A stretch of 32,000 nt of DNA from positions 52,116 through 84,115 of the forward strand of contig JAEOTM010000066.1 of assembly GCA_016839815.1 (NCBI GenBank), written 5' to 3'. Position 1 is the first letter of the stretch, and each line of letters begins with the position of its first letter. Positions 1 through 9,187 of the stretch are shown here, piece after piece. The notes under the pieces are model-generated. The model searched no databases. It saw only the letters and a program-made list of their open reading frames with translations, and was not told the origin of the DNA. A program made the position numbers and the translations under genes. The stretch is from Candidatus Hodarchaeota archaeon (GTDB taxonomy: Archaea; Asgardarchaeota; Heimdallarchaeia; Hodarchaeales; Hodarchaeaceae).

Positions 1-2
1 GG

Positions 3-1193
3 ATCGTTATTACTCGCCCTCCATTCTCAGATGGGTGGGAAATTACTGCTGTTCGTCCTTTAAAAAGAATGGCATTAGAAGAATATAGTTTGGAATCCCG
101 ACTGATTCAACGTCTTAATGATAAGGCTGAAGGGATTTTAGTGGCTGGAAGTCCAGGTGCGGGAAAAACTACTTTTACACGAGCTTTAGCGTTATATTAT
201 TATGAAATGGGAAAGATCATCAAGACCATTGAATCACCAAGAGATCTCGATTTAAAGGCAGAAATTACCCAATATTCAAAGAATTTTGGAACACACTCTG
301 AAATTCATGATATTCTTCTATTATCAAGACCAGATTATACTATTTTTGATGAAATCCGAGATCAAGATGATTTTCGCTTGTATACCGATTTACGTTTAGC
401 AGGAATCGGATTAATCGGGGTTATTCATTCTAGTACTGCGATAGACGCTATACAAAGGTTTATTGGAAAATTAGATCTGGGATTAATTCCAAGTGTCCTT
501 GATACAATATTATATATTGATTCTGGTCAGATACAGACAATTTTAGAAGTAAAAATGACTGTAAAAGTTCCTTCAGGGTTAGTTGAGAGTGATCTCGCCC
601 GACCAGTTGTTGAAGTGCGAGATTTCTTATCTGGCAATGTTGTATATGAAATGTACACTTTTGGAGAGCAAACTGTTGTGATACCCTTAGAGGATCCCAA
701 TTACAGTGGGAAGGAAATTAATTCCGAGCGAATAGCAGAGATAAAAGGTGTAGTAGAACAATACACAAATCAATCGGTTGAAATCGTCCCTAAAGATAGA
801 TATGGCCACCGTTATGTAATACATGCCCATGAAGAAGACATCCCCGTCGTGATTGGACAGAAAGGAATCACGATTAAAATGCTAGAACGGGTATTAAATG
901 TAAAGCTTGATGTAAATAAATCACCTACAGCATTGAATGACTCGGGAATAGGTTACCTCAAACGTAAAAATGTATTATTTCATAAACGAACAATTACGAT
1001 TGGATTCCCTAAACGTTTCAAAAATAGAGAGATTAGTTTTTTTATCCGAGAATCAGATGGATCCCCTCCTGTTGAGTTTTTTAATGCCACAACATCTAAA
1101 TCAGGAAAAATTAAAATTGCTACCAACAGTGAAATTGGAAATATCTTTCAAAGGGTATATAGAGATGAGGAGGGGGCAATCTTCTGGAAATAG
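3..1193 (+). CDS. PIN/PilT-type ATPase with C-terminal KH domain (5' partial; the PIN part lies upstream of the window)
   Basis: The reading frame is open to the window edge: frame 3 reads IVITRPPFSDGWEITAVRPLKR before the listed Met. Walker A GSPGAGKT is present. A KH-like GxxG segment VIGQKGITIKMLE follows. The architecture matches archaeal PIN-ATPase-KH proteins. Confidence 0.75.
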   Translation: MVITRPPFSDGWEITAVRPLKRMALEEYSLESRLIQRLNDKAEGILVAGSPGAGKTTFTRALALYYYEMGKIIKTIESPRDLDLKAEITQYSKNFGTHSEIHDILLLSRPDYTIFDEIRDQDDFRLYTDLRLAGIGLIGVIHSSTAIDAIQRFIGKLDLGLIPSVLDTILYIDSGQIQTILEVKMTVKVPSGLVESDLARPVVEVRDFLSGNVVYEMYTFGEQTVVIPLEDPNYSGKEINSERIAEIKGVVEQYTNQSVEIVPKDRYGHRYVIHAHEEDIPVVIGQKGITIKMLERVLNVKLDVNKSPTALNDSGIGYLKRKNVLFHKRTITIGFPKRFKNREISFFIRESDGSPPVEFFNATTSKSGKIKIATNSEIGNIFQRVYRDEEGAIFWK

Positions 1194-1260
1194 TGGTTAA
1201 ATAATTCTCGTTAACTCTACATAAAAAAGTGAGGTTACTCTCTCTCCCTTGATTCAGCTC

Positions 1261-2946
1261 TTATTCTTCTTTGAAGATTTCTCTTAGACGACGTAACTCT
1301 TTGAGCATTTCCCCTCGTAACTCTGCGATGCTTGTTGATCGTGCATCGGCAATTAAGTCTAGTGGGGAATCACCTGATTGACCTGAAGGTATCACAGGTT
1401 CAGGTACAGCTACTGGAGAAGGAGTGGGAGGAACAGGACTTGCAGTCGGCATCGGAGGCGCTACAGGAGGGCTAGATGGTGGTGGAGGAGGTGATGATGG
1501 CAAACCGACTGGTTTTGACTCAATGGGTGAAGCTTTCGGAGTTGGTTTCACGGTGGGAGTTTCACCCAAAACAGAATCAAAAAGTGCCCCCACTTTATCC
1601 GCACCTGGAGAACTTGGTTTAGCTTTTCTAAGACTACCAATTTTTGTCTTATACGATTTAATTCGGCCTTCATAATGTTTTACTAGAGATTCATAAACAC
1701 GAGGTCGAAATTTGTCATCTCTTACAGCCTCTTTAAACTGGTTTATCAGACTAGATTCATTTTGGCTTAAAATCTCCAAATAAGTGACCATTTCCGTGGG
1801 AGTAGTTTTAAGATCAAGAAAAGAATCGGTGGAAACATCTGCTGTCTGGAAATCCCCACTAACATCTTCCGTTTCGAAATACAACACCGAGGTTATGAAA
1901 ATCACTGCTAGAAACGAGAAAACTGCTCCAAACATGTACATTATATCCCAAGAATAGCCCATGAATGTGTAATTCAAATTTTCTAGATTCAATAAGTCTT
2001 GTACTTCAGTAGAAGAGGCAAAAACTAGTATAAATGAAGTTAAAACCATTAGAAATCCTATCAGCAATATAAAGATCCAGATTACTTTTAGTTTGTCTAA
2101 AACACCACTAAATTTTCTCGAACTTGAGAGAAAGGCTGCAGCTGAAAATATCAGTAAACTTCCAAAAGAATAAATTACCTGCCATTCTGTATCTAGGAGG
2201 AAATTAGCTTCAAGAACCTCAATACTTATTAAAAGTGATATCAGCGCAAATACGATTCCGATAATAACTGCAATTAGCCATAGGATTCTGGTACTATCAA
2301 GAAAACCGCGGAAACCGTGACTCGCTGACATTAGAAGGGGGAAAATTCCTAAAATGAGAAATATCCCTCCACCAAAGAACAGCACATCCCAAGCAGTACC
2401 CCCGACTAGAGGAATTGTTTCGATTAGATCATCGATATAATGTCCATAAACTAGCATAGAAAGGATTTCTAACACAATCCCCACTAATATAAGGATAAAA
2501 TACACAAATTTGAGATTCCACAATCGTTCACGATCTCTAACCCCAAATAATATTGGTAAAAAGCTTACACAGAATACAATAGCAGAAAGTGTGAAGAAAT
2601 CAAACCATGATGAAGCTTCTGTGTCAATCGAAGTGATAAAACCACCATAAACTAATAATGAATATGTTATACCTAAAAGACTGATACTGAATAAGAGTAC
2701 TAAATGAGGATAAATTTTCTTAACACTTGATTTTCCTCTGGCATCCATTACTGACAAAGAAGGTAGGGCTGTTATGATTGTCAAGTAAAAGCCGAAAACA
2801 AATAAGATTTTGTAATCTAATCCCAAGAACAACCTATCTGCTGAAGCTACGCCAGAATAGTAGAGAAAACCTAGTACAATGCTAAAAATGCCAATTGCTG
2901 TTAAAGTAAGAAGTCCTCTTGAAGTTTTTACGAATGTTTCTCTCAA
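1261..2946 (-). CDS. Polytopic membrane protein with cytosolic tail (proline-rich linker plus terminal amphipathic helix), function unknown
   Basis: 561 aa ORF. The first ~360 aa form roughly a dozen hydrophobic helices. Then come a helical segment, a long P/S/T/V-rich tract (PSSPPPPPSSPPVAPPMPTASPVPPTPSPVAVPEP) and a terminal helix IAELRGEMLKELRRLREIFKEE. I recognise no family motif. Confidence 0.6.
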   Translation of the reverse strand: MRETFVKTSRGLLTLTAIGIFSIVLGFLYYSGVASADRLFLGLDYKILFVFGFYLTIITALPSLSVMDARGKSSVKKIYPHLVLLFSISLLGITYSLLVYGGFITSIDTEASSWFDFFTLSAIVFCVSFLPILFGVRDRERLWNLKFVYFILILVGIVLEILSMLVYGHYIDDLIETIPLVGGTAWDVLFFGGGIFLILGIFPLLMSASHGFRGFLDSTRILWLIAVIIGIVFALISLLISIEVLEANFLLDTEWQVIYSFGSLLIFSAAAFLSSSRKFSGVLDKLKVIWIFILLIGFLMVLTSFILVFASSTEVQDLLNLENLNYTFMGYSWDIMYMFGAVFSFLAVIFITSVLYFETEDVSGDFQTADVSTDSFLDLKTTPTEMVTYLEILSQNESSLINQFKEAVRDDKFRPRVYESLVKHYEGRIKSYKTKIGSLRKAKPSSPGADKVGALFDSVLGETPTVKPTPKASPIESKPVGLPSSPPPPPSSPPVAPPMPTASPVPPTPSPVAVPEPVIPSGQSGDSPLDLIADARSTSIAELRGEMLKELRRLREIFKEE

Positions 2947-3461
2947 AAAATAAATCTCCTTTTCACATGTCCAGATAAATCTGTTTAGGAATAGGTCTAA
3001 TACCTACTAATATAAGTCTAGTCTTATTTCAAATAATTATGCAATGCCGACAAAAATTGAGTATTCCGAATATGCTCAAATATTATTTTTCCTTCGTGAA
3101 CAAATAAGGTGTTTTTATTCTTTTCTACCCTTGAGTCTAAATTGTCTTTCTGCTCCACCAGAATCTCTGACTTAATTAGTTAAAAAAAATCTACGATTCA
3201 GTAAATTGATTGAACAACGAATTAAACCCAATTAAAAGGTTTTAATCCTAAATACTATCTATCTACTAGATTTTAAAATTTCAGACTTTTATTGTACCAA
3301 GAAAAGATCAAAAAATAACTGATAAACCCAAGAAAACTGGAGGAGAACGGTATGAGAATGCTGAACAACTCCAAAAAGACTCAATAAGAGTCAAAAAAAA
3401 GTAATATTATCAATAAAGATATGGAATACTTAGATGGAAAAAATAAAAATCCCTTTACATA

Positions 3462-3578
3462 GCCGGGGTATTCTAGTCCGGCAGGAAGCATGCCTGGAAA
3501 TAACGTGTCTAGGATTCATCCTTCAGACCATAAAGCATGTGCTCTCTGAGCTCGAGAGTTCAAATCTCTCCCCCGGCG
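3462..3578 (+). tRNA. tRNA-Ser(GGA) with ~34-nt intron in the anticodon loop
   Basis: Acceptor GCCGGGG/CCCCGGC with discriminator G. D arm TTCT-AGTCCGGCA-GGAA. Anticodon stem CATGC/GCATG with loop C-T-GGA-A-A. 14-nt variable arm TGCTCTCTGAGCTC (class II). T arm GAGAG-TTCAAAT-CTCTC. About 34 extra nt lie between the loop and the 3' stem. No encoded CCA; a T-run follows. Confidence 0.85.
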
Positions 3579-3881
3579 TTTTATTCTAATAATTTTATTG
3601 GTAATGAATCCATAACATTACAGAAAAGGCGATTAACATCTTTTTTCAGCAAAACTTTCCAAATAAATACACCCTCTAAGAAGATAAGTCACTCTTTGTA
3701 GTTTTTAATAATTTAATATTAGTGAAAAATTGAATTGTGTCACCGTCCAGCGGGTTCGTAACCATAATATAGGGTAGTCAAACTCCTTATCAAGCAGAGG
3801 AGAATAGCAAAACAGACAACCACGTAAAGTGTTTGATGTTCAAACTATTCATTATTCAATAAGTAGTAGTAGGAATGAACT

Positions 3882-4331
3882 TTGGAATATAATCACCAAT
3901 TAAGAATCGCAGGAGCTGATTGTCCAGGAAATTGGCTTGTAGCTCATGCTATAACTAAAATACGAGGAGTAGGTTATCGGCTTGCTACTCAGATTTGCCA
4001 AAAAGCTGAAATTGACCCTGAAATGCGATGTGGATTCTTAACTGAAGATGAAGTTCAACTCATCGAAGACATTATTACAAATTGCTCTGCATTCGACATC
4101 CCCACCTGGATGTTAAACCGTCAGAAAGATATTGTTTCAGGTGAAAACTTTCATATCATAAGCAATGATCTAATTGATACTATTCGTCTTGATATTGAAA
4201 GAGAAAAGAAAACACGATCTTACAGAGGAATTCGGCATTACCTAGGACTCCCTGTTCGGGGACAGAGAACAAAAACCTCTGGCCGTGGTGGAACTACTAT
4301 CGGAGTATCGAAGAAAAAAGTAAAGCAATAA
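3882..4331 (+). CDS. rps13: 30S ribosomal protein S13 (uS13)
   Basis: LRIAGADCPGN...IRGVGYRLATQIC and a basic tail RGQRTKTSGRGGTTIGVSKKK are typical of uS13. TTG start as listed in the ORF track. First gene of an S13-S4-S11 run. Confidence 0.85.
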   Translation: MEYNHQLRIAGADCPGNWLVAHAITKIRGVGYRLATQICQKAEIDPEMRCGFLTEDEVQLIEDIITNCSAFDIPTWMLNRQKDIVSGENFHIISNDLIDTIRLDIEREKKTRSYRGIRHYLGLPVRGQRTKTSGRGGTTIGVSKKKVKQ

Positions 4332-4341
4332 GGTGATAAGC

Positions 4342-4899
4342 ATGGGAGATCCAAGAAAATTAAGGAAAAAACTTGAAGGCCCCCGCCACCCATTTAATAA
4401 AACTCGCATTGAAGAAGAAATGCAATATATGGGACGGTTCGGGCTCAGAAACAAGAAAGAGATCTGGAAAGCACAAACTGTCCTCAGAAAATATCGATCA
4501 CGAGCTCGTGCCTCACTTGCTTCATCAGAGGCTCAGAGAGAGATTGAAAGGAATATCTTAGTTAAGAAGCTTTACCGGATGGGTATTATGGCAAATGAGG
4601 CGGGATTAACTGATGATGTTTTATCTCTAAATGTTGAACAATTCTTAAAACGAAGATTACAGTCTATTGTTCATGAACTTGGTCTAGCAAATACTCCTTG
4701 GCAAGCCCGACAAATGATTTGTCATGGACATATCTCGCTAGAAGGCCGAAAAGTGACTGCACCAAGTTATCATGTGAAACGCGGTGAAGAAGAACTAATA
4801 ACATATTCTCCAAGCTCTCCCTACAATGATTCTGCACATCCAGCCTTGAGTGTCCCTACTTCAAGGACTCCTAGTCCTCCCCCATCTGAGGAACATTAA
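4342..4899 (+). CDS. rps4: 30S ribosomal protein S4 (uS4), with a short Pro/Ser-rich C-terminal extension
   Basis: MGDPRKLRKKLEGPRHPF is the canonical archaeal S4 N-terminus. ATG at 4342 is preceded by AGGTGA at 4331-4336. An S4 RNA-binding domain (ICHGHISLEGRKV) is present. The listed GTG at 4333 is probably not the start. Confidence 0.85.
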   Translation: MGDPRKLRKKLEGPRHPFNKTRIEEEMQYMGRFGLRNKKEIWKAQTVLRKYRSRARASLASSEAQREIERNILVKKLYRMGIMANEAGLTDDVLSLNVEQFLKRRLQSIVHELGLANTPWQARQMICHGHISLEGRKVTAPSYHVKRGEEELITYSPSSPYNDSAHPALSVPTSRTPSPPPSEEH

Positions 4900-4926
4900 T
4901 CTATTCAATTTAAGTTGGTTATAATA

Positions 4927-5328
4927 ATGTCAAAAGCAAGTAAAAATCCTTCTACTGGAATTGCACATATTTTAAGTTCATATAATAACACAATAATTAC
5001 CTTAACTGATATGACTGGCGCTGAAACCATTGCCAAATCTTCTGGTGGACAAGTAGTTCGTGCAGATCGTAATCAATCATCTCCTTACGCTGCAATGAAA
5101 GTTGGTCACGAAATAGCTAGAGCTGCCAAAGAAAAAGGTATAAGAAAAATAGTTGTGAAGGTTAGAGCCCCTGGCGGTTCTGGAGCACGAAATCCTGGTC
5201 CAGGAGCTCAAGCAGCTATCCGTGCAATTGCACGTTCAGGTTTGCAAATAACTACCATTGAAGAAGTAACTCCCATTCCTCACGATAGTACACGACAACG
5301 TGGTGGAAGAAGAGGCCGTCGTGTATAG
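4927..5328 (+). CDS. rps11: 30S ribosomal protein S11 (uS11)
   Basis: [18 protein letters not shown]...[18 protein letters not shown]...VKVRAPGG...[16 protein letters not shown] matches uS11. ATG at 4927 is preferred over the in-frame TTG at 4915. Confidence 0.85.
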   Translation: MSKASKNPSTGIAHILSSYNNTIITLTDMTGAETIAKSSGGQVVRADRNQSSPYAAMKVGHEIARAAKEKGIRKIVVKVRAPGGSGARNPGPGAQAAIRAIARSGLQITTIEEVTPIPHDSTRQRGGRRGRRV

Positions 5329-5426
5329 ATCCAAATAAGGCCACGAAGAAAAATTTTGGCTTTAAGTCTCCTAATAAAGTATTAGGGTTTTCTGTATTGA
5401 CTTTTGCTATCAAAGTAATTTAGAAG

Positions 5427-6401
5427 TCAGATTTCTTTCCATGAAGAGGGGTATGTTCCTTTTTCCATAAAAACTGCAATAGGTTTTGCACAAATTCCAT
5501 TTTTCAACTCTGAGATCTTTTTACTTGTTAAAACACTTCTCCCAAAAGCTACTAATTCTCCTTTCATTGAAAGAATGGCGAGTAAAGAATTTTTATCAAC
5601 ATTTTTAGTAAATTGAACTACTCCTGGAAGCGTAAGCTGGGCACCATGACATATAGCATCAACTGCTGAATCACGAATGTAAATCTTAGGTAGATGTACG
5701 CAAATAGCTTCAATTGGTTGAATTATCTCCCTTATTTGTGACTCATCTCCCCCTTCATTATAGTAATACCATGCATCAGCTAAATCATGTAAAGTCTTAC
5801 ACTTCTTCACATCGAATGGTCCAGTTTGTGTACGTCTTAATTCATGCATATGCGCCCCAGTTCCCAAAATCAATCCAATATCATGACAAAGCTTTCGAAT
5901 GTAAGTTCCTGCTTCGCACTTTATTCTTAATAATGAAAACTGTGAATCTAAATGTTCAATTAATTCAAGTGCATATATTTTTCTAACCCGTAATTGTCTT
6001 TTAACATTACTTCTTACAGGAGGTGTTTGATAGATTTTCCCACGGAAGATCTGAAGGATGTCTTCTACCTCATTCTGTGATTTAGCTTCATGAAGTTTCA
6101 TAATACAGATATATTCTTTTCCTGCAGGCAATAAAACTTGAAGCGATCTAGTAGCGCGACCCAGAGCTATAGGTAAACATCCTGTGACAGCAGGATCAAG
6201 TGTACCCCCATGTCCAGCTCTTTTGATTCCTAAAATTTGTTTAACCCATGCTGTGACTTCATGAGAAGTAGGATTTGCTGGTTTGTCAAGATTTATAATC
6301 CCTAGATTTAAAAGCTCTGAAATACTACGTTTTTCTGGAGATAAACCATAATCAGGATTGGTGTGATAATTTTGTACCTTTACAAAAAAAGGGGAAGTCA
6401 T
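5427..6401 (-). CDS. cbf5: tRNA/rRNA pseudouridine synthase Cbf5 (H/ACA RNP catalytic subunit, TruB family with PUA domain)
   Basis: GIINLDKPANPTSHEV...AGHGGTLDPAVTGCLPI contains the TruB catalytic Asp motif. The C-terminal PUA-like segment is IRDSAVDAICHGAQLTLPGV. It lies directly downstream of L14e, as in many archaea. Confidence 0.85.
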   Translation of the reverse strand: MTSPFFVKVQNYHTNPDYGLSPEKRSISELLNLGIINLDKPANPTSHEVTAWVKQILGIKRAGHGGTLDPAVTGCLPIALGRATRSLQVLLPAGKEYICIMKLHEAKSQNEVEDILQIFRGKIYQTPPVRSNVKRQLRVRKIYALELIEHLDSQFSLLRIKCEAGTYIRKLCHDIGLILGTGAHMHELRRTQTGPFDVKKCKTLHDLADAWYYYNEGGDESQIREIIQPIEAICVHLPKIYIRDSAVDAICHGAQLTLPGVVQFTKNVDKNSLLAILSMKGELVAFGRSVLTSKKISELKNGICAKPIAVFMEKGTYPSSWKEI

Positions 6402-6431
6402 AAAAAGACCCCATATTTAGAAAAAGAGGAT

Positions 6432-6710
6432 TTATACGGTAATTTGTAAAGGTTCTTTAATTTCGTCAAGGAGACCCGCCTTATCAATCGCCTTTTGTAT
6501 TGCATCATCATTTGCTCCTCTCTTAATACTTATAACATTATCTAAGGGGCGAATATGCTTTATATTACAGCGACGTCGTTTAACAGCGGATACACCACCG
6601 CCGGAAATCAAAACAAAGTTTGGATCAACTAAATCAACGATCACTGCTTTCATTAACGCCTCGCGTCCGGCGGTCTTTACAATAACTCTACCAACTTCAA
6701 TCGCAGCCAT
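6432..6710 (-). CDS. rpl14e: 50S ribosomal protein L14e (eL14)
   Basis: 92 aa with a KOW-like N-terminus IEVGRVIVKTAGREALMKAVIVDLVD.NFVLISG and VKRRRCNIKHIRP. It lies directly upstream of cbf5. Confidence 0.75.
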   Translation of the reverse strand: MAAIEVGRVIVKTAGREALMKAVIVDLVDPNFVLISGGGVSAVKRRRCNIKHIRPLDNVISIKRGANDDAIQKAIDKAGLLDEIKEPLQITV

Positions 6711-7250
6711 CTATGTTCATTCCTTTCGTTAGAATATGCATCTTTTGAGATCAAAGCAGAAAATGTACACAAATCTTTGCATGAACGGAATAGTGCCTTA
6801 ATTTCTGCCTAAATTCAAGTATGGCCTTTTTTAAGTATAATTCATATAACTTTCTAACTGACAAAATTGCTAAATACCTCACGTAGGGTTGAGTCGCATC
6901 CCAGAGGATCAAATTCCAATCATAACTGGAAAGAAAGTGATTAGAAATCTTAATATACAAATCACGCGTAATTTTAACTAAAGAGTTCCTACCATGAAAA
7001 TTACGATCTCCTATAAACTCAAGAATTAAAAAATGGCGAATTTTTGATGAACAGAGTGAATAGATTCAAGTTTTCTTTTGCATCAGTAGATAATGTTTAG
7101 ATCTGTATTCTATTTGATATTTAAGATCCTCTTCAAAGAATTCTTTCCATCTCTATTTCTCATAATCCTAAATGATTATTTATTAAGAAGGAATGATCTT
7201 GTCAGTATTGAGATTCATTTTCATTCCTGAGATGGAAACCAAATTAAAGA

Positions 7251-7358
7251 GCTGCTGTGGCTTAGTTGGTAGAGCGACAGACTCGTAAGGATTCTCGTAT
7301 TCCATGATATCTCCGAGTTATCTGTTGGCCGTGGGTTCAAGTCCCACCAGCAGCTCCA
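7251..7358 (+). tRNA. tRNA-Thr(CGU) with ~32-nt intron; CCA encoded
   Basis: Acceptor GCTGCTG/CAGCAGC with discriminator T, then CCA. D arm GCTT-AGTTGGTA-GAGC. Anticodon stem ACAGA/TCTGT with loop C-T-CGT-A-A interrupted by an intron. The 3' intron segment CGAGT can pair with ACTCG of the anticodon loop. T arm GTGGG-TTCAAGT-CCCAC. Confidence 0.85.
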
Positions 7359-7379
7359 GTTTCTTATTGTCTATTCAGC

Positions 7380-8207
7380 TTAATGGTCTAACCATTTTAT
7401 CTTAAAGAAGTCGGAATAAGTGTAGATAGGGAAATCTGTGTAATGATCGATAATCTCAGTTATTTGAATGACTGTACGCTTCTGATATAAATCAATCTTT
7501 TCTTTCTGTGTATCTTTTTCAACCAATGATTTCAGCTTCTGGAAATAATCGACTATTCGGGTCTTCCATTCACCCCGGGATCGTCTATCAATTCGATAGA
7601 TTATCGGTGTTTCAACCTCCTTCAATCTAAACTCATTTTGATATATATAATGCCAAAACACTAGCGGAAATGAATAACCAGCATGATCCATTTCCAAGGG
7701 AAGAATTCGTACTCTATATCCTTTCAACCCACAAAAAGCATCAGTTATCTGAGTGTCAAACACTTCATTTATCGTTCTAGTAAGAAACATGTTCGTGACA
7801 TATCTATCAACAGGAACCTTAGTATTATCCTTCCAGAATTTGTATGTTAAATATCTACTAGTAGAAATTAAATCTATCTCAGGGTTCTCTGAGAGTTCAC
7901 TTATTATCTCCTTAATAGTAAATGGTGAATGCTGTAAATCAGCGTCAAAAGTAATTAAAATATCATAACCTTTCTGAGCTTCCCTAAATAAGGTAAGGAT
8001 TGTATTTCCATAACCTAATGGACCTGATTTATGTCTAACAATTTTTAATCTATAAGTCAATGAAAGCTCTTCATATATTTCACGGGACTGATCCGTACTT
8101 CCATCATCAGCAATAAGAACATCTATGTCGTAATGTTGACATTCTGAGTATAAATACTCATATAGAGAGACAAGACACTCTTGAAGATATGCTTGTTCAT
8201 TATGCAA
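7380..8207 (-). CDS. Family 2 glycosyltransferase (dolichyl-phosphate sugar transferase-like); the true start is probably upstream, near 8231
   Basis: VLIADDGSTDQS and the DxD-like FDADLQH are GT2 motifs. The listed TTG start removes the first beta-strand. The open frame upstream encodes IKILIGIPLHNE, the usual GT2 N-terminus, with no canonical start codon. Confidence 0.7.
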   Translation of the reverse strand: MHNEQAYLQECLVSLYEYLYSECQHYDIDVLIADDGSTDQSREIYEELSLTYRLKIVRHKSGPLGYGNTILTLFREAQKGYDILITFDADLQHSPFTIKEIISELSENPEIDLISTSRYLTYKFWKDNTKVPVDRYVTNMFLTRTINEVFDTQITDAFCGLKGYRVRILPLEMDHAGYSFPLVFWHYIYQNEFRLKEVETPIIYRIDRRSRGEWKTRIVDYFQKLKSLVEKDTQKEKIDLYQKRTVIQITEIIDHYTDFPIYTYSDFFKIKWLDH

Positions 8208-8531
8208 TGGAATGCCTATTAGAATTTTTATAAGGACTCCTCCAGCGAGGATAAAGTAATTAATGAGCGAAAATATATTTGTTTACTGCGATTTGGAGTT
8301 TGTTTATCAATCATTTTGAGATGGTAAAATCTGAATATCTTCAGAATTCATTCAAAAAAATTATGAGATGGATGTCAATAATCTTCGAGATATACAATAT
8401 TTGAAATAACGCTTTTAGATATAGGTTAATTTCAATCCAATGTTCTCTGAAATCCTTTTAAAACCTCTTTTTCTCGGGTAGATTAGAGTGTTCTAAGAAC
8501 ATGGTGACAAATACGTCAATCAGATAGGAGA

Positions 8532-8972
8532 ATGACTGATAAATTGACCGAAATTGATCCTGAACTTCAAGAGATATTGAAAAAGAAGGCTTCATCGCTA
8601 AAAAAGGACGTATCTTTCTTTAATGAAGTAAATCAGAATGGTGTCACCCACGTTGACGATTCTAATATCGATAGGATAATTCAATCCTCTCCACTACCAG
8701 TCTTAGTAGACTTCTCCGCTGATGCTTGGTGTAGACCCTGTCAGGTAATGGCACCAGTATATGAAGAATTAAGTCAAGAGTATGCAAAAAAAGTTGTCTT
8801 TCTTAAAATCAATACTGACCAGAACCATCAGGCCTCAGGTAGATATAGAATATTCTCGGTACCAACTTTTATCATATTTAAAGCAGGTAATCGGATAGCA
8901 CAAAGAGCAGGTGCGGCTCCAAAAGCAAAATTTAAAGCATGGATTGAAGAAACTTTATCAAACAGTGCTTAA
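8532..8972 (+). CDS. Thioredoxin-fold protein (active site WCRPC) with an N-terminal extension
   Basis: LVDFSADAWCRPCQVMAPVYEEL...VFLKINTDQN...FSVPTFIIFKAG is a classical thioredoxin pattern with CxxC. Confidence 0.75.
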   Translation: MTDKLTEIDPELQEILKKKASSLKKDVSFFNEVNQNGVTHVDDSNIDRIIQSSPLPVLVDFSADAWCRPCQVMAPVYEELSQEYAKKVVFLKINTDQNHQASGRYRIFSVPTFIIFKAGNRIAQRAGAAPKAKFKAWIEETLSNSA

Positions 8973-9187
8973 AATTTTGGAATCAGGTGTAATGACTTAG
9001 TAAGTAGTGTGAAGTACTTTGAGAGAAAAATGGAAGAAAAAACGACTAAGAAGAAGGAAGAGAAAAGAAAGAAGAAGAAAAGGATAGTCTAAATCTATTT
9101 TTCTGCAAGAAATATGTCCCTTACTACGACAATACCTAAATCTTGCCACGATTACTTCTTTTGAACCATTAGGTGTGTTCTTAAATA

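Noticed and set aside
970-1200. 76 aa plus-strand ORF overlapping the end of the PIN/KH ATPase gene. The similar overlapping ORFs are 4242-4454, 4373-4561, 5714-5986, 7753-7968, 15399-15611, 16041-16256, 16823-17026, 17471-17701, 20146-20460, 20180-20365, 21310-21732, 23936-24238, 24653-24862, 24687-24884, 24968-25162, 26777-26974, 29159-29341, 29501-29774, 30041-30274 and 30450-30647.
   Set aside because: Each is nested in or antisense to a longer ORF that carries clear family motifs. None has a recognisable motif of its own.
1424-1675. 83 aa Gly-rich ORF on the plus strand.
   Set aside because: It is the antisense reading of the proline-rich tract of the 1261-2946 gene (CCN codons give GGN). 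It is a by-product of composition.
3741-3770. GGGTTCGTAACC, a T-arm-like hairpin upstream of the S13 operon. It was considered as a tRNA fragment or split-tRNA half.
   Set aside because: Only a 2-4 bp stem is possible. No acceptor or anticodon arm can be built around it.
6751-6960. 69 aa minus-strand ORF in the 540-nt gap between L14e and tRNA-Thr.
   Set aside because: It has a TTG start, no ribosome-binding site, and an aromatic/Leu-rich composition typical of random AT-rich translation. No motif is recognisable, although a small real gene cannot be excluded.
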